Source: a virus. From it: a DNA stretch of 64,000 nucleotides. Position numbers and translations under genes: made by a program. Location: IMG/VR virus record IMGVR_UViG_3300032236_000718, positions 100,429 through 164,428 of that record; one strand, written 5' to 3'. Each line of letters begins with the position of its first letter. The first letter of the stretch is position 1. Positions 52,268 to 58,858 of this stretch are shown here, in pieces. The notes below the pieces were generated by a model. That model did no database searches and was not told where the DNA came from. It saw nothing but the letters and a program-made list of their open reading frames with translations.

Positions 52268-53118
52268 TGGAAATTAATATTCCGATCGAGGAACTTCGTA
52301 AGCGCAAGCTATTCCTCGCTACACCTATGTATGGTGGACAATGTGCTGGTATGTTTGCGAAGTCTATTGCCGACCTCTCTGCACTCTGCACCAACTATGG
52401 TATCCCGCTTCAACTCTATTTCCTATTCAATGAGTCGTTGATCACTCGCGCGCGTAACTATTGCGTAGACGAGTTCATGCGCTCTGAGGCAGAGCATCTT
52501 ATGTTCATCGACTCTGACATTGGGTTTAATCCACATGATGTTATCGCTCTCATGGCACTTCAAGCACAAGAGCCAGAGAAGTACAACATTATTGGTGGAC
52601 CATATCCTAAGAAGTGCATTAGCTGGGAGAAGATTAAGTTGGCAGTAGATAAGGGACTCGCTGATGAGGATCCAGGTCAACTCGATCGCTACGTAGGTGA
52701 CTATGTGTTCAACCCTAAGCAGAACACTGGATCGATTGCTATTGGTGAACCTTGTGAAGTTCTTGAGATCGGCACGGGCTTTATGATGATCACCAAGGAT
52801 GCTTGTAAGAAGTTTGTTGAGGCATATCCTCAGTATAGCTATCGTCCTGACCATGTTCGCACTGAGGCGTTTGACGGATCACGCGAGATCATGCAGTTCT
52901 TCCAAGCTGAGATCGATCCTAAGTCTAAGCGCTACCTCTCAGAAGATTACTGGTTCTGTCAGAAAGTCCAAGAGATTGGATTGTCTACATGGTTCTGCCC
53001 ATGGATGAAACTGCAACACGTTGGATCATATATCTTTGGTGGATCGCTCGCTGATCTTGCACAGATCGGTGCGTCCGCTACTGCTGACCCTGAAGCACTG
53101 AAAAAGAAAAAGAAGTAA
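52267..53118 (+). CDS. GT-A fold glycosyltransferase-like protein
   Basis: ATPMYGG; NESLITRARN; FIDSDI (DxD); GTGFMMI; YLSEDYWFC. Confidence 0.75.
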   Translation: MEINIPIEELRKRKLFLATPMYGGQCAGMFAKSIADLSALCTNYGIPLQLYFLFNESLITRARNYCVDEFMRSEAEHLMFIDSDIGFNPHDVIALMALQAQEPEKYNIIGGPYPKKCISWEKIKLAVDKGLADEDPGQLDRYVGDYVFNPKQNTGSIAIGEPCEVLEIGTGFMMITKDACKKFVEAYPQYSYRPDHVRTEAFDGSREIMQFFQAEIDPKSKRYLSEDYWFCQKVQEIGLSTWFCPWMKLQHVGSYIFGGSLADLAQIGASATADPEALKKKKK

Positions 53119-53133
53119 GGAGTATACTATATT

Positions 53134-53817
53134 ATGAATAACGTGAAGTTTGATACTAAGACGGTTAATGTTCTAAAGAGTTTTTCGCAGATCAACCCGT
53201 CCATGTTGTTCAAAGAGGGAGACACCATCACTACGGTGTCTCCACTCAAGAACATCTTTGCTCGCGCTACTGTGCCAGTTAATTTCACAAAGAGGTTTGC
53301 TGTCTATAGCTTAAGTCGTTTCTTGAATACTATGTCATTGTTCAACGACCCAACGATCACTGTCACAGATCGTTTCGTTACTATCACTGATAGCTCCAAC
53401 ACTAAGAATGTAAACTACACTGTTGCGGAAGAGTCGACCATTCCTATGCCTTCGACTAAAGAGCCAAACTTCCCTGAAGGTGAAGTTAAGTTTACGTTGA
53501 CTATCGATAGCATCAAGGACATCGAGCGCGCTCTGGGTATCTTAAATCTATCTGAGATCGCAATCACTGGTGATGGCGCTAATCTTACAATGAAGGCAGT
53601 CGATGTGTCTAATCCATCTGGTGACACATACACGGTCACACTAGGACAGACCGATCGTACCTTTAATGCAGTGTTCAAGCCAGAGAACTTTGCTGTACTC
53701 TCAAAGAGTATCACAAATGCTTATGAGGTAGATCTCTCTACTCGTGGCTTTGCACACTTTAAGTCACCAGAGTTAGAGTACTGGATTGCTACCGAGGCAG
53801 TGTCAACCTTTAACTGA
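53134..53817 (+). CDS. gp45: sliding clamp gp45
   Basis: LKSFSQINPS; FAVYSLSRFL; YWIATE; upstream of clamp loader. Confidence 0.88.
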   Translation: MNNVKFDTKTVNVLKSFSQINPSMLFKEGDTITTVSPLKNIFARATVPVNFTKRFAVYSLSRFLNTMSLFNDPTITVTDRFVTITDSSNTKNVNYTVAEESTIPMPSTKEPNFPEGEVKFTLTIDSIKDIERALGILNLSEIAITGDGANLTMKAVDVSNPSGDTYTVTLGQTDRTFNAVFKPENFAVLSKSITNAYEVDLSTRGFAHFKSPELEYWIATEAVSTFN

Positions 53818-53828
53818 TTGGACGTTAG

Positions 53829-54770
53829 ATGAGAGAAGACTTTCTTTGGGTAGAGAAATATCGTCCTAAGACTATTGCCGACACTATTCTACCGGCTGAG
53901 CTAAAGGCGACGTTCCAGCAGTTTATAGATCAGGAAAACATTCCTAATCTTATTCTTGCTGGAAGTGCTGGTGTTGGCAAGACAACAGTTGCTCGAGCTA
54001 TGCTCGAGCAACTAGGTTGTGACTACATCATTATTAACGGATCTATGAATGGCAACATTGACACGCTCAGAAATGATATCCTCAACTTCGCCTCAAGTGT
54101 ATCACTATCAGGCGGACGAAAGTATGTTATTCTCGATGAGGCGGATTACCTTAACGCTAACTCCACCCAGCCTGCACTCCGTAACTTCATGGAAGAATTC
54201 TCAAGAAACTGCGGGTTTATTCTCACGTGTAATTACAAAAACCGAATCATCGAGCCACTTCACTCTCGCTGTTCAGTTATAGACTTTAAGATCAGTAAGT
54301 CTGACATGGCTAAGTTAGCTGGTCAGTTCTTCAAGCGTGTTGAGAATATATTAACCACTGAGAATGTTACCTTTGATAAAGCAGTTGTCGCTGAGGTTAT
54401 CAAGAAGCATTTCCCTGACTGGCGCCGTGTACTCAATGAGTTGCAACGCTACTCGGCTACTGGTTCTATTGACTCGGGGCTACTGACTAACTTTGGACAA
54501 CTGTCACTCGACGAGCTCATCAACCTGTTAGCAGATAAGAACTTTACTGCTATACGTAAGTGGGTAGGTGAGAATATTGACAATGATCAGGGTGCTATCT
54601 TCCGCAAGATCTATGACACGGCTGCTAACTTCTTGACACCACGTGGTATGGCAATGGCGGTCGTCATTCTTGGTAAGTATCAGTATCAGGCTGCATTCGC
54701 AGCAGATCCTGAGATTAACCTGATGGCTTGTCTGACAGAGATCATGATTGACTGTGAGTTTGGTAAATGA
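53829..54770 (+). CDS. gp44: clamp loader large subunit gp44
   Basis: LWVEKYRP; GSAGVGKTT; ILDEAD; SRC. Confidence 0.96.
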   Translation: MREDFLWVEKYRPKTIADTILPAELKATFQQFIDQENIPNLILAGSAGVGKTTVARAMLEQLGCDYIIINGSMNGNIDTLRNDILNFASSVSLSGGRKYVILDEADYLNANSTQPALRNFMEEFSRNCGFILTCNYKNRIIEPLHSRCSVIDFKISKSDMAKLAGQFFKRVENILTTENVTFDKAVVAEVIKKHFPDWRRVLNELQRYSATGSIDSGLLTNFGQLSLDELINLLADKNFTAIRKWVGENIDNDQGAIFRKIYDTAANFLTPRGMAMAVVILGKYQYQAAFAADPEINLMACLTEIMIDCEFGK

Positions 54771-55141
54771 GTCCATTTGATATTGTGGGTGACATTAACT
54801 CCAGTAAGAAGGGGTTAATCAACGATACTAATGAGAAGGACTATAACGCATGGATAGTTAACAAGGCCTTCTCATACTTTCCTGACACAATCCTACATGC
54901 CCAAGAGATGAATACCAAAGCACACTTGGATAACAAGATGCAGCATGACTATCTTATGGGGTCAATCCGAAAGGGTAAGAGGTTCTCTAAGTGGGCCAAG
55001 AAGGATAAGGATGAAGATACTCTGGCTGTTCAGGAGTTCTTCAGCTACAATAGGGAGAAGGCCAAGACCGCATTAACGATCTTGTCTAAAGACCAGCTAA
55101 AAGCTATCAAAAGGGAGCTCAAAGTAGCTAAAGAATTCTAA
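54767..55141 (+). CDS. gp62: clamp loader small subunit gp62
   Basis: NKAFSYFPDTI..AQEMN; RKGKRFSKW. Confidence 0.92.
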   Translation: MSPFDIVGDINSSKKGLINDTNEKDYNAWIVNKAFSYFPDTILHAQEMNTKAHLDNKMQHDYLMGSIRKGKRFSKWAKKDKDEDTLAVQEFFSYNREKAKTALTILSKDQLKAIKRELKVAKEF

Positions 55142-55183
55142 AAGAATAAATATCGGCATAATAACAATAATAATGAGGTTGCT

Positions 55184-55582
55184 ATGTCGATATTAGAATC
55201 ATTAGTGGAAGTGAGAATTGGTGAAGAGGAAGACTTCCTAAAGATCAAAGAGACTCTAACTCGTATTGGCGTAGCCTCGCGTAAAGAGAAGAAGCTCTAT
55301 CAATCCTGCCATATCCTACACAAGCAAGGCAAGTACTATATCGTACACTTCAAGGAGCTGTTTGCCCTTGATGGTAAGCCAACAAACATAAGTGACGAGG
55401 ATCTTGGCAGACGAAACACGATCGTGCAGTTACTTGCCGAGTGGGAACTGATAATGGTCGTAGAGCCTAAAAAGTGCAGTGAGCCTAAGACCTCATTAAG
55501 CCAGATAAAGATTCTTCCTTACAAAGAGAAGAATGAGTGGGAATTAGTAACCAAGTATAACATAGGTCGTAAGAAGACCTAA
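55184..55582 (+). CDS. regA: translational repressor RegA
   Basis: DFLKIKETLTRIGVAS; LYQSCHILHKQGKYYIVHFKELFALDG. Confidence 0.96.
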   Translation: MSILESLVEVRIGEEEDFLKIKETLTRIGVASRKEKKLYQSCHILHKQGKYYIVHFKELFALDGKPTNISDEDLGRRNTIVQLLAEWELIMVVEPKKCSEPKTSLSQIKILPYKEKNEWELVTKYNIGRKKT

Positions 55583-55596
55583 GCTAGGACTTCTAT

Positions 55597-55929
55597 ATGA
55601 TGTTTAAATTCTTTCAAAAGAAACCAAAGACCGAGGCCGAGATACAACTCCAGCAGATTAAAGACCTGCTATATCCTCCGATGGAGGAGGGAGAGATGGA
55701 CGGCATCAAGTATCTTGTCGACTACTCTGTTGACCAGAATCTTGAGGCAGCACTCGTCGACCTTGAAGAAGGTCACAATGACGAGGCGTGCAGAAACACG
55801 ATACGCAAGGTAGCCAAGAAGCTCTATGACATTAGACTACTCATGGATGCCTACACCCACAAGCTGGATAAGAACATCAAGTATGTTATAGTAGACGACG
55901 TGAGGGCTATGGACGATGGACAACATTGA
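55597..55929 (+). CDS. hypothetical protein
   Basis: 110 aa ORF with AGGA SD. Confidence 0.6.
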   Translation: MMFKFFQKKPKTEAEIQLQQIKDLLYPPMEEGEMDGIKYLVDYSVDQNLEAALVDLEEGHNDEACRNTIRKVAKKLYDIRLLMDAYTHKLDKNIKYVIVDDVRAMDDGQH

Positions 55930-56134
55930 TAAATTAATTGACTCATTGGAGAAGATGATCGAGGCCAAGGATGACATGTGGCAAGAGGATCAGTTCTGTA
56001 ACTACCATGAGGTACGCAAGGTACGCGAGGAGAGGTATAATCCTTCCAAGAAGGAAGTAAGGAACCTGCTGGAGGCTGTCATCAAGGACACGGTCAGGGA
56101 AATGTTCAAGAACCGGATCAAGCACAATTTGTGA
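55916..56134 (+). CDS. hypothetical protein
   Basis: 72 aa ORF overlapping upstream gene. Confidence 0.6.
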   Translation: MDNIDKLIDSLEKMIEAKDDMWQEDQFCNYHEVRKVREERYNPSKKEVRNLLEAVIKDTVREMFKNRIKHNL

Positions 56135-56143
56135 AAATAGTTG

Positions 56144-56172
56144 TGTACATAATGTCAGAACCATGCTATATT
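56144..56172 (+). promoter_or_regulatory. pre-replicative promoter TGTACA-N17-TATATT
   Basis: Motif family member, intergenic. Confidence 0.75.
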
Positions 56173-56197
56173 AAGAATATAAGCAATGGAGATGATC

Positions 56198-56374
56198 ATG
56201 GACCAAGTTGATATCCAAGCCCAGGACAAGTCTGGCGTATGGCGTACGTATCACACCACCGAGAATAACTCTCAGAAGGTCCTATCAGAGATGCAGTCTC
56301 TGAAGCGTAATTTACCTGAATTTCGTGTGCGTGCCGTGGATAAAAATGGCCGTATTGTTGATATTTTAGGTTGA
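56198..56374 (+). CDS. hypothetical protein
   Basis: 58 aa from ATG 56198 with GGAG SD. Confidence 0.65.
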   Translation: MDQVDIQAQDKSGVWRTYHTTENNSQKVLSEMQSLKRNLPEFRVRAVDKNGRIVDILG

Positions 56375-56379
56375 AGTTG

Positions 56380-56387
56380 TATAAATA
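56380..56387 (+). promoter_or_regulatory. late promoter TATAAATA
   Basis: Exact consensus; predicted +1 near the ATG at 56393. Confidence 0.7.
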
Positions 56388-56392
56388 AAACT

Positions 56393-56500
56393 ATGAAACA
56401 CTATACTCAGGAACTACACATGGTACACCAACCGAAACCAATTACAGTCTGCATGCTCGGTAATACCGAATACGCACGCTCATGGGGTAGTACCGCCTAG
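56393..56500 (+). CDS. putative attenuator leader peptide (35 aa)
   Basis: MKHYTQELHMVHQPKPITVCMLGNTEYARSWGSTA*; stop codon lies inside the antiterminator strand. Confidence 0.6.
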   Translation: MKHYTQELHMVHQPKPITVCMLGNTEYARSWGSTA

Positions 56501-56527
56501 TCACATCTCACATTGTTGGGTTTGACT

Positions 56528-56561
56528 AGGGCAGGAAAAAAGATTCCTGCCCTTATTTTTT
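56528..56561 (+). terminator. conditional intrinsic terminator (attenuator 1)
   Basis: AGGGCAGGAA/TTCCTGCCCT stem plus T-run; competing helix 56496-56503/56523-56530. Confidence 0.85.
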
Positions 56562-56564
56562 ATG

Positions 56565-56593
56565 TGTACATAACCTTGATAGTGGTTTATATT
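56565..56593 (+). promoter_or_regulatory. pre-replicative promoter TGTACA-N17-TATATT
   Basis: Predicted +1 near 56600, the 5' end of the large ncRNA. Confidence 0.75.
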
Positions 56594-56599
56594 AAGAAT

Positions 56600-57353
56600 T
56601 CAGGCAGCTCCTCCCTGAGTATAAGAGGAGCCCCTGGCTGGTACTGGCGAAAAACGCAGGTGGTTTCCAGCAGGGCAGAAGAGAGTTATCTCTTCATGGA
56701 TACTACACAGGGTACCGTGCATGGACGCATGTACTAATGGATGATAGGGCCATCTTGCCATCCTAAGACAACCTGATCAATGGCTGAGGAAGGGAAGCAC
56801 CCGACTCCGAAATTCGATTTTATGTAGTATCTTTGAAGAGATAATTGTTGTTTCGCTTATACAGGAGACTAATAGTGCGGAGTAATTAACCGAAACTGTA
56901 AACAAATAGGCTGGTGGAAGGGTGATGTATGAGCACCGCTCGGTCGGGAAGCGGCTGATCCTGAGGTTGGGTTTGATTCCCATGGTTTGTGTATTCTGTA
57001 TAAGCGTAACAACAATTTTGGACGGTATTGGCCAGTACGCTGATATCTGTATTCCCTGGCAGGAGTACGAACGAGGGATGCCAGTCCCTCTAGTAGCCAA
57101 ATAATTAATTCAAGAGACGTGTGGTCTACCACCCCATCGAACCTGTAGACATCTAGCCCTGCACTTATACGCCTGATGATTGCCTGTGATGGCATGAAAC
57201 ACCTCGGTGTCGCGTGGAGAAGCCCAAGCAGGGGAATAACTGGCTTCCTAGGATGGGGAACTTATTGTAGCAGTATGGCACTGCTTGTGAAGCACCTACG
57301 GAGATGGTAGGAATGCAGTCGGGCTTCATGCCGGTCTAACAAAACAAATGCCA
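56600..57353 (+). ncRNA. large, highly structured multi-pseudoknot ncRNA (~755 nt)
   Basis: No credible ORF; many long-range helices (e.g. 56686-56707/56823-56844, 56843-56866/56994-57017, 56600-56605/57171-57176). Confidence 0.75.
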
Positions 57354-57362
57354 AACTATTTT

Positions 57363-57436
57363 GCTGCCTTAGCTCAATGGTAGAGTACTGGATTGTGGCT
57401 CCGGAGACAGTGGTTCGATACCACTAGGCAGTACCA
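57363..57436 (+). tRNA. tRNA-His(GUG), no G-1, A73
   Basis: Cloverleaf, GTG anticodon, encoded CCA. Confidence 0.93.
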
Positions 57437-57439
57437 AAG

Positions 57440-57596
57440 AATTGCAGGTGTGGAAGCCTGTAATTACCTTCCCAGTTGTCCGTATAGCTTGGGGAAGGAT
57501 ATAGTCCGAGGGCGACTAAAGCTCCTCTTTATACGGACGTGACCCTTTGTCCTAAACCTGTCGGCACGTAGATCGACGCTGGAAGGAGTAACCAGC
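57440..57596 (+). ncRNA. structured pseudoknotted ncRNA candidate
   Basis: CCTTCCC/GGGAAGG stem whose loop GTCCGTATA pairs with TATACGGAC (57530-57538). Confidence 0.5.
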
Positions 57597-57608
57597 AATG
57601 AATTTTTT

Positions 57609-57696
57609 GGGGTGGCTGCTCAGATGGCGGATGGGCACCGGACTGTAAATCCGGCACATAGATACGCAGTTGGTTCGAATCCAACCCGCCCCACCA
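57609..57696 (+). tRNA. tRNA-Tyr(GUA)
   Basis: CCGGA-CTGTAAA-TCCGG arm, long variable region, CCA. Confidence 0.9.
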
Positions 57697-57705
57697 AAAT
57701 AACTG

Positions 57706-57734
57706 TGTACATATATCGATGTGCATGCTATATT
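57706..57734 (+). promoter_or_regulatory. pre-replicative promoter TGTACA-N17-TATATT
   Basis: Motif family member. Confidence 0.75.
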
Positions 57735-57775
57735 ATAAAAGTAAGGCATGGTGCCTTTATTATGGAGAAAGTGAA

Positions 57776-57970
57776 ATGTCTAAAGCAGAACGCGTACTTA
57801 ATGCCCTCTTGAATGGTCAGCAACTCTCAACAAAGCAGATCTCGACCCGTTATAAGGCAGCTAACCCAGCAGACGTGATCTATAAGATCCGTAACTGGGG
57901 TTACGAGGTCTCGTTGAATAAACAAAAGACTTCTTCTGGTACTTCATTCAAGTACTCAATCGCAGTCTAA
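57776..57970 (+). CDS. small winged-helix/HTH-like protein
   Basis: RVLNALLNGQQLSTKQI..RY...NP..VIYKIRNWGY; GGAG SD. Confidence 0.65.
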   Translation: MSKAERVLNALLNGQQLSTKQISTRYKAANPADVIYKIRNWGYEVSLNKQKTSSGTSFKYSIAV

Positions 57971-57994
57971 TACGTTAAGCTCCATCTCGGATGT

Positions 57995-58023
57995 AAAGAG
58001 GGGCTTAACGGCCCCTCTTTTTT
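57995..58023 (+). terminator. conditional intrinsic terminator (attenuator 2)
   Basis: AAAGAGGGGC-TTAACG-GCCCCTCTTT plus TTT; competing 11 bp helix 57973-57983/58000-58010. Confidence 0.85.
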
Positions 58024-58030
58024 ATTCTGA

Positions 58031-58106
58031 GAACGCTTAGCTCAGTTGGTAGAGCACAGGTCTTTTAAACCAGTGGTCGTGGGTTCGAACCCCACAGCGT
58101 TCACCA
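58031..58106 (+). tRNA. tRNA-Lys(UUU)
   Basis: Cloverleaf, CTTTTAA loop, CCA. Confidence 0.92.
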
Positions 58107-58112
58107 AAGTTT

Positions 58113-58218
58113 GCTTCCATGAACTAATTGCTTCTAGTACTGGTACCGGAAAAAAGCATTGCACAAGTTCTCCTCGTCGTGGGGAGCATGTAGGTTGGAA
58201 TCCTACTGGAAGCTACCA
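58113..58218 (+). ncRNA. tRNA-like element with ~40 nt D-loop
   Basis: GCTTCCA/TGGAAGC acceptor, GTAGG-TTGGAAT-CCTAC T arm, non-canonical anticodon loop. Confidence 0.55.
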
Positions 58219-58219
58219 T

Positions 58220-58295
58220 GGACACTTAGCTCAGTTGGTAGAGCAGGAGACTCTTAATCTCTTTGTCGCAGGTTCGATCCCTGCAGTGTCTACCA
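58220..58295 (+). tRNA. tRNA-Lys(CUU)
   Basis: Cloverleaf, CTCTTAA loop, CCA. Confidence 0.94.
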
Positions 58296-58411
58296 AATTC
58301 TATCCACGCACTGGTGCACCAGTTGCCCGCATCGCTCAGTAGATAGCTACTACAGAGGTCTGGAAGCAAATCGTGGAAGAAGGCGCCGATGGGTGAGGTG
58401 CCACCAGTTTC

Positions 58412-58488
58412 TGGCGCATAGCTCAGCTGATTAGAGCACACGACTGATAATCGTGAGGTCGATGGTTTAAATCCATCTGTGCCAACCA
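58412..58488 (+). tRNA. tRNA-Ile(GAU)
   Basis: CACGA-CTGATAA-TCGTG arm, CCA. Confidence 0.92.
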
Positions 58489-58492
58489 ATAC

Positions 58493-58569
58493 GCGACGTT
58501 CTTCTAATGGAATAGGAATCCTCCCTTTCAAGGAGATCAATATCGGTTCGAGTCCGATACGTCGCACCA
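58493..58569 (+). tRNA. tRNA-Glu(UUC)
   Basis: CTTTCAA loop, TTCGAGT T loop, CCA. Confidence 0.9.
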
Positions 58570-58571
58570 GT

Positions 58572-58648
58572 CCGGGCGTAGCGCAGTCTGATAGCGTACT
58601 TGATTTGGAGTCAAGGGGTCGTAGGTTTGAATCCTACCGCCCGGACCA
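58572..58648 (+). tRNA. tRNA-Pro(UGG)
   Basis: CTTGA-TTTGGAG-TCAAG arm, CCA. Confidence 0.92.
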
Positions 58649-58659
58649 ATAAATACATA

Positions 58660-58766
58660 TGGCGGGCTCACCTGTGGAAAATGTACCCGCCACCGCCGGA
58701 GCGAAATGGTGAGATGGGCTGCTGCCGCGGGGTTTGTTAGTTTTCCTGACACACAAAAAACTAACA
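58660..58766 (+). ncRNA. pseudoknotted ncRNA candidate
   Basis: TGGCGGG/CCCGCCA, CTCACC/GGTGAG, TGTTAGTTTT/AAAACTAACA; AATAAATA late-like promoter at 58648. Confidence 0.5.
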
Positions 58767-58773
58767 CTAATTT

Positions 58774-58849
58774 GCTCCCATCATCTAGCGGCCTAGGATA
58801 CCCGCCTCTCACGCGGATCACAGGGGTTCAAATCCCCTTGGGAGCACCA
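58774..58849 (+). tRNA. tRNA-Glu(CUC)
   Basis: CTCTCAC loop, CCA. Confidence 0.92.
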
Positions 58850-58858
58850 AAATAGTTA

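Noticed and set aside
56600-57353. Large RNA as tmRNA or RNase P RNA
   Set aside because: No alanyl acceptor or tag frame and no GAGGAAAGUCC P4 signature recognised; formal exclusion needs cmscan.
57495-57507. AAGGATATAGTCC resembles a group I intron S element
   Set aside because: TAGTC pairs locally with GACTA (57514); no ordered P/Q/R elements or interrupted host gene; tRNA-His lies between it and the upstream GACTA candidate.
56513-58821. Track ORFs overlapping the ncRNA/tRNA region (e.g. 56777, 56869, 58046, 58226, 58537)
   Set aside because: They overlap clear tRNAs or structured RNA and lack recognisable motifs.
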